Positions 54,407 through 64,000 of a DNA stretch of 64,000 nt are shown here, one piece after another. This DNA comes from Carcharhinus amblyrhynchos. Lineage: Eukaryota. Both the position numbers and the translations under genes were made by a program. A model generated the notes under the pieces. It worked only from the letters and a program-made list of their open reading frames with translations, did not search any database and was not told where the DNA came from. Within the stretch, counting starts at the first letter, position 1. Every line of letters starts with the position of its first letter. The stretch covers positions 12,896,001 through 12,960,000 of the forward strand of contig OZ336902.1 in NCBI GenBank assembly GCA_965287045.1. The letters are read 5' to 3'.

Positions 54407-54526
54407 TGAAAAAAGTCCCAGGGAAATCGAACGATGACCTCCAGCTAGACTCGAAGAGTGAGCTGGATACCAGGTTACATGACGTTAGCGGCCAGCTGAG
54501 CTCTGGGAAGAAACCAGGCAGAAAAG
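54407..54526 (+). CDS. BRD4: BRD4 post-ET exon encoding a BRD2/BRD3/BRDT-type coiled-coil module
   Basis: gtttgcag|TG AAA...AGA AAA G|gttggt; phase 1-1, 120 nt, in frame with the ET exon; VKKVPGKSNDDLQLDSKSELDTRLHDVSGQLSSGKKPGRK resembles BRD3/BRD2 ...[14 protein letters not shown](S/N)S.KKP. Confidence 0.85.
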
Positions 54527-56906
54527 GTTGGTGTAGTGCAACCTTGTGAAGTAGATCCTTAGGCAAAATAGGCTGGGGTCAAGGCTAAAGTCAATTTGTT
54601 CGTACATATAATAAATAGCCTTGATTTTACGGTGCACATACCTCTCAAACTGCAACATGTTGAATGCTGGAATTCAGGCTCTAGTTTGGAGGCAGTGTGG
54701 CATCTGTAGAATCGCCATGTTGGCTCATTTTACTTGCTTGCACTGTGTTGCTACTTGGCTCAGTGGTGAAGCTTCCTGTTGGGGCACAGTGATTTTAAAA
54801 CAGTACAGTTGAGAGGTATGGTGGTAAATCTAATTAATTTGGTTTACTGGGTTGAAAGTGATTTAATAAATAAATGTTTATTTCTGGTTATGTACCAAAG
54901 CTAACATGGTACTTCTTTTTCATTCAAATGATTTAATTGCAGGTGGGGGTAAGATGTTTTGATTTCCTGAAACTGAACTATGAATGAATAAGTCTACATG
55001 ATACTGTTACTCTTTATAATGAACAATCTTATTAATTCAGGAAAAGCACCCTCTCCTACAAATTGAATCAGAGTTAAAATTCATGTAATCAATAAATTGT
55101 AATGATCCTTGCTAATACGGCAATAACTTGTATCTAAATATTTTACATAAAGTAAGAGACTAATGATGCACTGAGCCAGAGCCTTGTCTGTTTTACTAAA
55201 CTGAGTTGATTGGAATTGAAGTTGCTTTTTTTTCCCTCTGGTTCTTTCACGAAACCAGCAATGAATGATTTGCACATCTGGTAACACAAGAGAATTTCAT
55301 GTCCCAGCCTCAACAGTATGATAACCAAGGCTTGATAAAAGCATATTCCTTTCTTTCTTCCTCCCCCGCATCCCAGGGAAAAGTAATATTGGGCCAAGTT
55401 ACGGACAGTGCATCTTTTGTCATTGTGGTATGGAAATGGTATGCTTTCAGCTTTTGCACTTTAAAAGCATTTATACTGCACTTTTGTTTGGCCAACATTG
55501 GATGTTTTGAAGAGTTTATGAAGCAACCCACGTTTGATGCACAGCCTCCTAAGGCCACAAAATCATTTATTCTCACTCTTAATGATTGTTATAGACTGCA
55601 GCTCTCATTGTGGGTATTTAAAGGGATGAGTGTTTCAAGTCTGTGTGATGCAACCTTTACCCCAATTTTCCTTTTCAGTATGTCTACAGACTGTTTCCAT
55701 CATGAGCTAAACATTCCTCGAAGTTTTCACATTGAATTTAAGTTGCACTATTTAGCGGAGAGTTATGATGCATTATCTCACCAGGTTTTTCATCCTCCAC
55801 TCCTGATTTTTCACTCCCTACAGGTGGCTGGTCATAAGCTAATGAAACTTCTGACTGATTTCATTGTTCCTGTTATCATTGCGATACAGTCACTCACTGA
55901 CTTGGGAGTTGTTTCGAAGGTTGAAGTTTATCTTTTCTTTAGATAGGGTTGTCCAGTCAAAGCCTGTTTGAGGCATTCTGCATAGTTTTGTATGCTGTGT
56001 TGCAGAATTGCACTCTTGTTTATTTGGAACTAGTGAGATCAGACAACTTGTTTCCTTGGTAACTGTAGCTTATCTGGTAGCCTTCGATGTTGCAAAATTC
56101 TGAATAATTTGTGGCATTTTGGAAATGAAATCAGGGCAGTGAGGTACTGTGTAATTTGGATTTCACAAGCATCATATTGCTTGTCTTGTCTTAATCCTCT
56201 TTTCACTTCCCTGAGGGCACTGACTCTTTATGCATCACTGGCGGTCCCAAGGCATCGATCAGACCTATTAGGATAATTTAGTACACTAACAGTTGATCTA
56301 ACTGAAATCAGTTGAAGACTGGAAATCCAGCCTCATCCAGCAAAACAGTTATCCAATAAGACATAGGTTTATTTTCAGTCTTTGTGTTAAATCTGAACCG
56401 TACCAAACACAACACAAATTCAGAAGCATGAGTTAGAACACAATCTCAAGATCTGTGTGGCTTTTTGAGATTTGTATTTTAATGCAGCCTTTTGCAAAAT
56501 TTTTACTTGTCTTCTAGTTTCAGTTTCAGGCCTATGTTTCATTCTGCCTCTGAGTGATGATAAGAATGCTTCTTACGGCTTCTTGCTCCTGGCCTATTTA
56601 TGGTTAAAAAGCAGCCAATGTTCTTGCTCCAGTTTACTTTCCAGTCACTCCAGCCATAAAGTTGGCATGTTCTGAGGTTAGGTGGACAGAGGATTGGGTA
56701 TGATCACTGGCAGGTAACCCTTGGTATTGGTGCTCAAACATTAAGAATAGCTGCTTGGAGAAGCTGTGAAGGGTGACTTGATTTGTGTGCTCAATCCTAA
56801 TTCATTTTGATCTTGCGGTACCTCTTGTGGCACGTGGCAGTGTTATTGTTCCTCTTAACTTCATGCACTGCAGTGACTCCATCTTTCATTAGGAAAGTTC
56901 AGGGGG

Positions 56907-57170
56907 GAGGCAGCATGGTGGTACAGTGGTTAGCACTGCTGCCTTGCAGCTCCAGGGACCTGGGTTCAATTCCCACCTTGAGTGACTGTGTGGCATTTCC
57001 ACATTGTCCCCATGTCTGCATGGGCTTCCTCTAAAGCTGTGCAGGTTAGGTGGTTTGGCTATGTTAAATTGTCCCTTAGTAATCAAAGTTGTATAGGTTA
57101 GGGGGATTAGTCATGGTAAATGTGGTGGTCACAGGGATAAGGCCTGGGCAGAGTTGTGCTAACTCGATGG
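56907..57170 (+). mobile_element. Shark V-SINE, with its tail interrupted by the MITE-like element at 57170-57295
   Basis: ggcagcatggtggtacagtggttagcactgctgcc head. Confidence 0.8.
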
Positions 57171-57839
57171 GTGAGATTTTCCGGCCTTGCTCACCCCAAG
57201 ACTGGAAAATCCTGCCCAAGGTCACCACAACTTTGCATGGTCCGTGCCCTGCCCATTACGATTCCTGTAGTGGGCAGGATGGGTAAATTCCACCTGAGGT
57301 CTAAAGGCTTCTAATGCCCTGGGATTTTATGAAAGAGACTTTGCAATGCGATGGAAGTTCCAAATTTATAAAACCAATTCAAATTGATTAGGATTAATTG
57401 TCATTTAGTGTAGGATTAGCCAAGTAAAGGACAAAATGCCTTTATAGGAAAAGATGAACTGCTCCATATTGTTATAATGCCATATACTCATCAGCAATCA
57501 TGAATGAGACAACAAAAAATGATGTTTTAAATCCTTGATATCAATAAGAAAAACTTTGGAAAATTCCCCTCTGACATCTTTAGCTGATCAAAACTAGTCC
57601 TGGTCCAGATTGGCCATCAATTTTACTTGCCTTTCATATGCCACAATGACCTGCCCAGCCCATTACACATAAAACACTTTTAAAAGCAGAGCATTCACAC
57701 ACAGCGTGAGCCGACAACTTGGTCATTAGGTCTGCTAACCTCTCGGGGAGAAAACAGCCTCTGTCACCCTTCATTATTTTAAACATCTCTATCTAATCGG
57801 CCAAGAATCTTTGTCATCTGCTTAACATTGCCTCGTTTT

Positions 57840-58380
57840 GCACCCATCTTAGCTCATCTGCTGAAACTCTCAATGGCTTTGTTGGCTGTAGATTTGGCTG
57901 TTTCAACACACTCCAGGCTGGTTTCCCACAATTCTATCCATCGTAAACTGGAAGTCAGCTAAAGCTTTTGCTGGTGTCCTAGTTCTGCTCATCAATCACC
58001 CCTGTGCTCTCTGAGTTGCACTGGTCCCTAACCAAACAATTTCTTGATTTCAAATCTCTATTTCTGTAATCTCCCCCATCACCATATCTGTTCTTTCTTT
58101 CTGGTCACTTAAGCAACCTGATTTTAATTCCTGCACTATGGTGGCCATGCCTTCAGTTGTCTAGACCCACAAGCTCTGGAATGCCCTCTCTACCTACACC
58201 TCTTTGCTTTTCTACCTCACATGCCTTCTTTAGCACACTCCTTAAACGTGTATTCTTTGACCATTTGTCCTGATATCTCCTTCTGCAGCTCATCAAATTT
58301 TGTCCTATAATGGTTCTGACGTGTCTTGGATTTTTTATTAATAAATGTACACAGTTGAATGAGTTTGTAGATGTTGCTGT
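57840..58380 (+). mobile_element. L2-like LINE 3' remnant
   Basis: catcaatcacccctgtgctc...gcactggtcc and ggtggccatgccttcag...aagctctggaatgccctc motifs, typical of L2 C-terminal regions. Confidence 0.5.
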
Positions 58381-59199
58381 CCCCTGTCCTGCATCTGTGG
58401 TGTGTGTTTTTGGCTGCTAACCTGGCTTGTGTCTCTGGAGCCACTGATCTTTTTAAAAAAAAGACTAATCCATGTATTGGAGCTACTTAGAAACTACTGC
58501 CAAGTGTTTGTAAGTTTGGACTGAAATTCAGTGATGCTCTGTAATAACTGGTTTTGACAGCTGCTGGACTTATTGTTTGCTATTAGTAATAAATGACCCA
58601 CTCACCATTAACTTTGGAGTAGGCAGGAGATTTGCTCGTTAATGTTGAGCTAACTCTTAGGCTGGTGATTAAGTGGCCTGAAAGTATTCACCAATTGTTT
58701 TCAGAATATCTACGCGCTCTCCAGACAGTGCAGGCAAAATTGAAATGTTGACCTGGAGACATACTTTCCTTGCACTATTTTGGTATTGGGCTTCACCATT
58801 GTGTGAATCCTGAGGGAAAGATTTCTCATATCAAGTGCTTTAGGGAGGCCCCTGGTGCTTCTGCCAGATAACATTGTGAGTGGTCTGACTAAAATGACAG
58901 ATACAGGACCCCATCCAGCGTGAGTAGAAGCTTTCTTCTACTACCATCTGAAGGCAACGTTGTTAAATTGATGAATATCCATTTTACTGAATTAGAGGAT
59001 AGTTCACAACTATTCTTTTGTGAAACGATGGTCCAGTACAAAGACTGGTTTCCACTTTACCCTCCTGGGTCCACTGCCTGTTCAGAAGCAACTCCTCAAC
59101 TGGGAGTTAAAACCCAGCACTTAAATACAAGCTTCAATGAACATTACCTGCTCTCAATTCACTCTGAAGCTGGTCTTGGTTCGCTCTTAAAGGGACCCA

Positions 59200-61300
59200 A
59201 CATTGTCAGAACGGTACAATATAAAATCCCCAAACTAAAAGTACAAATGGTGGGCAGAAATGGCATGGGAAATCGCACTCACCAGCAATCTGTGCCTTGT
59301 CATGGTTACCTATAGCACAGGCACTTCTGATGAAGAAAATGAAAGTAGGTGGTACTCGCGAGAGAAGATTCTGAAGAATACCTCACCCAGACCATCTTTG
59401 ACTTCAACAATTCAACTTGATTCCTGTTCCTCTGACCTGTTCAGCACTGCCTTGGCACCACCAAAGACTGGAACGCCATTTGACAGCTGAAAAACAAGGG
59501 AACCTCTTGAGCAGTTGGAATTCCTGCTGAAATTCTGAAAGCCTGAAGAGATACATTGCTGGCATGTGCACAATCTCCTACCCATCATCCAGGAAGAATA
59601 GGGAGATTTCAGGGATGCTGTGATTGTGACTGTATTCACGGAGGGTGATGAATCTGATTGACGTAACTATAGGAAGGTCTACTTGCTAACTACCAGGGAG
59701 AAGATTCACACAAGGATCCTCCTCTGTTATCTCCCACCAGTCAAAGAGCTCCTTTCATAATCATAGTGCATTTTTCACCCATTGAGGTGATGTGATCTTC
59801 AGTGCAGCGAATGCCAAGAAAAATTTGAAGAACAGGACCACCTGCTACAAAATCTTTTTATCAATCTCACAAAGACCTTTGCCTCTGTCGACTGTGAAGG
59901 CTTATGGAGCATCTATGTGTTTGGGGCAACTTGTCACCATTCTCCCTGATCCATGGTGATATGCAAGCCATGTTTCTCCCAACAGAACTTTGAAGACTGG
60001 AATCAAACAAGGTTGTGTCATCACACCTACGCTTCGCTCCACCTTCCTTAGTGTAATAATGCGCTTCACGTCTGAGCAGTTTGCTGGACATGGAGATAAT
60101 CAACAGTAGCACAGACAGGAAGCTGTTTAATCTGTGCTGCCTTCAGTCTGAAACCAGAGTCACTCCATCTGCAGTCACAGAGCTTCAGTATTCAGATGAT
60201 GCTTTTGCCTCTGCTCGCTGAAACTAAGCACCAGGTCATTGTCGATTCCTTCTCAGAAGCATGGGAAATGGGCCTTTCACTAAATAGCCAGAAATCAAAG
60301 AAACTTTTCCAACCAGTTCCCACAGCACAGCACTTCCCTCTTTTAAGCAAGATCAATGGTGAGATCCTGGAATCTGGACCATTTTCTGTACCTTGGGAGC
60401 CTCCCCTTGACAAAGGCTGACATAGATGACAAAGTTCCAGCTCAGCCTTTTAGCCACTGAGAAGGTATTGGAGGGCCAGAATCTCAAACCAAGAGATTAA
60501 GGACATTGTTTATTGGGCAACAGTGATCTTCATGCATATAGAATCATAGAAACTCTACAGTGCAGAAAGAGGCCATTCAGCTCAAGTCTGCACCGACAAT
60601 GGTCCCATCCCAGGCCCTATCCCTACAACCCCACACATTTACCCCACTAATCCCTCTAACCTACATATCCCGGGACACTTGAGGGGCAATTTAGCATGGT
60701 CAATCAATCTAACCCCCACATATTTGGGAGGAAACCGGAGCACCCGGAGGAAACCTACACAGACATGGAGAGAATGTGCAAACTCCAGACACAGTGACCC
60801 AAGCCAGGAATCAAACCCAGGTCCTGGAGCTGAGGCAGCAGTGCTAACCACTAAAAGAATTAAAACCTAGCACAGGCACCTCAAAGCAATGGTTCCTTCA
60901 CAGGATTCTCCCCTGAAAGAAAGGCATCCAACGGCAACATCCTGTCTCAAGCCAATACGCTTAACATCAAGTGTCAATCACTCAAATCCAGCTCAGTTTG
61001 AATGTTTGAAACCAGCGTCCTGAAGCTTTTACTCAGTCACGGGGATAGCAGATATACTTTCATGATGCCCTAAAAATGTCCCTGACGAGGTCAGGTATCC
61101 TCAATGACTTAGGGAAGCAAGTGATTGACTGAAATGGAAAAGGTTCATTTGGGAAGGTGCTGAACCGTTTGAGACTTTGGGAATGCACCAAGGTGAAGTT
61201 AAGGTGCCGGGAGTGTGCAAACTTCCAAACAAGTCATCTTTCTGACCTTATAAGCACAATCTGCCCTACAGATGACAGTCTGCAAATTATGCATGATCTC
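59200..61300 (+). mobile_element. Degenerate RTE-clade LINE, interrupted by a SINE
   Basis: Remnants DFRDAVIVTVF, NYR..LL...GKI..RILL, KTGIKQGCV, ELQYSDDA (YADD motif), MGLSLN..K.K. Confidence 0.7.
60537..60852 (-). mobile_element. Shark V-SINE nested in the RTE LINE
   Basis: agaatcatagaaactctacagtgcaga...ggaggaaaccggagcacccggagg...tgaggcagcagtgctaaccac. Confidence 0.85.
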
Positions 61301-62934
61301 AGAACCATTGGACTGAAATGGAAGCAAGTCGTACTCGAGCCTGAGAGACTGCTTAAGAGGAGATACTTTCAGGATAAACTTGTGACCAAAGTGTCAAAAT
61401 AACTACATGCATTGGATTTGATCAGGTTCTGATTGTAGCACTCATGCTTGCTCCTATAAATAGAATCATTTAGCCCAATCAACAGACAGACTTCACACGT
61501 CATGTGCACAGTGTGACTGATTGGAAAAAGCAACCCACTGATAGATGGTGTCATACCTGAATTTTTGTGTAGTGGGAGAAAGTGTTAACTTTTCATCTTT
61601 GTCTTTTCATCAGAATTGGAAGATGTTACAGATGTGACTGTTTTTAAATAAGTTCTGAGGCAGGGAAAGGGAGTGAAAGATGAACAAAAAACTGTTTGAT
61701 AAAATGGATGCTGCAAGGTAGGGAGGATGTTAATGAATCAAGTAATGAAAAGAGGTCTAGGAGTGGGGTAAATGGGAAAACAGAATTATCCACGATATCT
61801 GCCACCTGAAAACAAAAAGCAATGCATGAACTAAAATTAAGTCTAGAAGACCATTACGTACTTAATTGAAAGATGATAATGCTTTTCCCTGAACTTATAC
61901 TGACCTTCATTGGAGCATTTTAGGAAGCTGAGGGCAAACGAGGTCAGTCTGTGAGTGGGTTGGCACCTGATTGAAAAACTCTGTCAGTTGACGTAGCTTT
62001 TCATATACAGTGAAACATTGCTAATCTGGGTTGAAGGATAAGCTTGTAACTCCCGTGTGCAGCCAACAGAGTATTGGATTGCAGTTTGAGTGAACATGGT
62101 AATGTTAACTTAACACCGAAGTCTGCATTCTGCTTTATTGGTGATTCATGCTTCCTATGCTACCTTAACATTTGAGGTAGTGTGAAGAAACCACTGTGTC
62201 CTCTCACTGTTGGTAACTCTGAAGTTTGAGATGATGCTGGATAGATGTTGGAGAAAATGTTCCTTACATACTACCTGCCGCCCCATTAACGACAAAATAG
62301 TATTGACCACTAACAAAGCATGCATGTGCATTTTGATTCCAGACTGGACGTTAATGTAATGATTGGACATTCATGTAATGACCGTGATCCTGAGTTATTG
62401 ACCTAGTGGTCACAGTTGTGAAATTGAATTCAATAAATCGAGTAATTCGTGGACTGTCATTGGAAAAAGAGATACTAAAGCTGTTCGACACAAATATTCA
62501 ACTGATTAAAATTGTCCATCAGCCGGACAATGTAACCCATCCGCTATCTACTGTCTCTTGATTCCTGATCCACTTTACAGTCTGAACTTTTAATGCTGCC
62601 TTGTATTGCTTTGGAAGCCATAGGGTAGCCCAGGAATTGGGGGTCGACCAATAAATGCAGCTTTACAGCATAAATATAATACCATATTATTAAGCTTCTT
62701 TTCTCTTTAGATTTTCACAAAGGGAAAATTCTCAGCACACCAGGAAACTTTAACCTATATTGCATTTTCCTTGTTAAGATAATTTTAGAAAATAGAGTAA
62801 GGTCTTGCAAAGGAGGAATATATAGAGAAAGCTATTGCTTTCAATTGTGTTACATTGGCCTAAATTGAAGGTTTGGCTATTTTGGCTTGCTCTTAGTGCT
62901 CTGGAGGATACCCCTGCATTGTGGTTTGCTTTTC

Positions 62935-63360
62935 ATAGAGTCAAAGAGGCTTACAGCATGAAAACAGGCCCTTTGGCCCAACTTGCCATGCTGCCCTTTT
63001 TTAAACTCCTAAACTAGTTCCAGTTGTCTGCGTTTGGCCCTTATCCCTCTATACCCATCTTACCCATGTAACTTTCTAAATGCTTTTTAAAAGACAAAAT
63101 TGTACCGCATCCACTACTACCTCTGCAGCTTGTTCCAGACACTCACCACCCTGTGTGAAAAAATAGTCCCTCTGAGCCGTTTTGTATCTATGTCCTCTCA
63201 ACTTTAAAGTTATGCCCTTTAGTTTTAGACTCCCCTACCTTTGAGAAAAGATACTAACTACCTAGCTGATCTATGTCCCTCGTTTTATAGACCTTTATCA
63301 GATCACCCCTAAGTCTCCAACACTTGAGGGGAAAAGTTCCAGTCTATCCAGCCGCTCCTT
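62935..63360 (-). mobile_element. CR1 3' fragment
   Basis: catagagtc..tacagcatgaaaacaggccctttggccca...gttccagacactcaccaccct; CR1 3' UTR and ORF2 end on the - strand. Confidence 0.75.
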
Positions 63361-64000
63361 GTATGCTCCTCAGGTTACTTTATTTAGTTTTGCTTCTCTC
63401 AAAACCTCTGGTTACTTGTGGTAATGGCCCAAAGTGACCTGTGGTCTTCTGAGAGCTCTGATGGCATTTACCACGGGGTCAACGCTGGAAATCCTATCCC
63501 TTTCTTGTCCTCACTCACTTCTACGGATAATAGGATCGTGATCACTCACTTGAAAAGGAGAACTAAGACATACTCATCACACCTGACTTTACAGATGATT
63601 TTGGTTAACAAAGTAAACTTGTATTCCCAATCTCTTGTTCAATTTCTCTTCCGCATCGGGTACTCTGTACTAGGTGACAGTAGTAATTGCTTTGCTAAAG
63701 TTGAGGATTTCCCCTTATTTCTCGCAAATACTATCATTATATTTTGCAATAACTGGCATCAAATAACTCTTGACCAAATGCGTACTAAAAAGTATAACAC
63801 CAATGGGGTCAGAGTGTGAGGTGATTTTTCTGGTATGGTTGCATGTAGTTTTGAAGGACTGCTGAAATTGACAATAACAATCCAGAAAACTTCCAAATGG
63901 GATTTTGTTTTTTTCCTTTAATCATAAAAACCAGGAGCAGGAGTAGCCATTCAGATCCTTGACTACGCCACCATTTAATGCGGTCATGTCTGATTTCAGC

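Noticed and set aside
55299-55946. 215-aa ORF, the longest in the window
   Set aside because: No recognisable domain, composition typical of translated intronic T-rich DNA, and no BET-like sequence or convincing splice signals.
59260-59490. STGTSDEENES peptide as a possible SEED exon
   Set aside because: It lies within the decayed RTE LINE and lacks the long Ser/Glu/Asp run; the true SEED exon is probably beyond 64000.

Overview
AT-rich vertebrate genomic DNA, almost certainly from a cartilaginous fish (shark-type V-SINEs, Deu-type SINEs, CR1, Rex-Babar, L1, RTE and Penelope-derived repeats). The window lies within one + strand gene, the BET bromodomain gene BRD4. Ten coding exons were reconstructed by hand with GT-AG sites and consistent phases: 2615-2899, 15449-15586, 20072-20210, 27719-28026, 28840-29262, 37074-37202, 39066-39272, 43838-44052, 46372-46658 and 54407-54526. 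They total 2251 nt (about 750 codons) and encode BD1, a Pro/Thr linker, BD2, NPS, BID and ET. The non-coding first exon and the SEED and C-terminal exons are not seen and presumably lie outside the window. Main observations: (1) a 120-nt symmetric exon after ET encodes the 'RLxDVSGQL' coiled-coil module typical of BRD2/BRD3/BRDT, which mammalian BRD4 lacks; (2) a young 249-bp insertion with a 12-bp target-site duplication forms a ~101-bp near-perfect hairpin and carries minimal hammerhead-ribozyme motifs on both strands; (3) an out-of-frame uORF overlaps the BRD4 start. Repeat boundaries and family names were estimated by eye. Comparisons with human paralogs are from memory and need checking.
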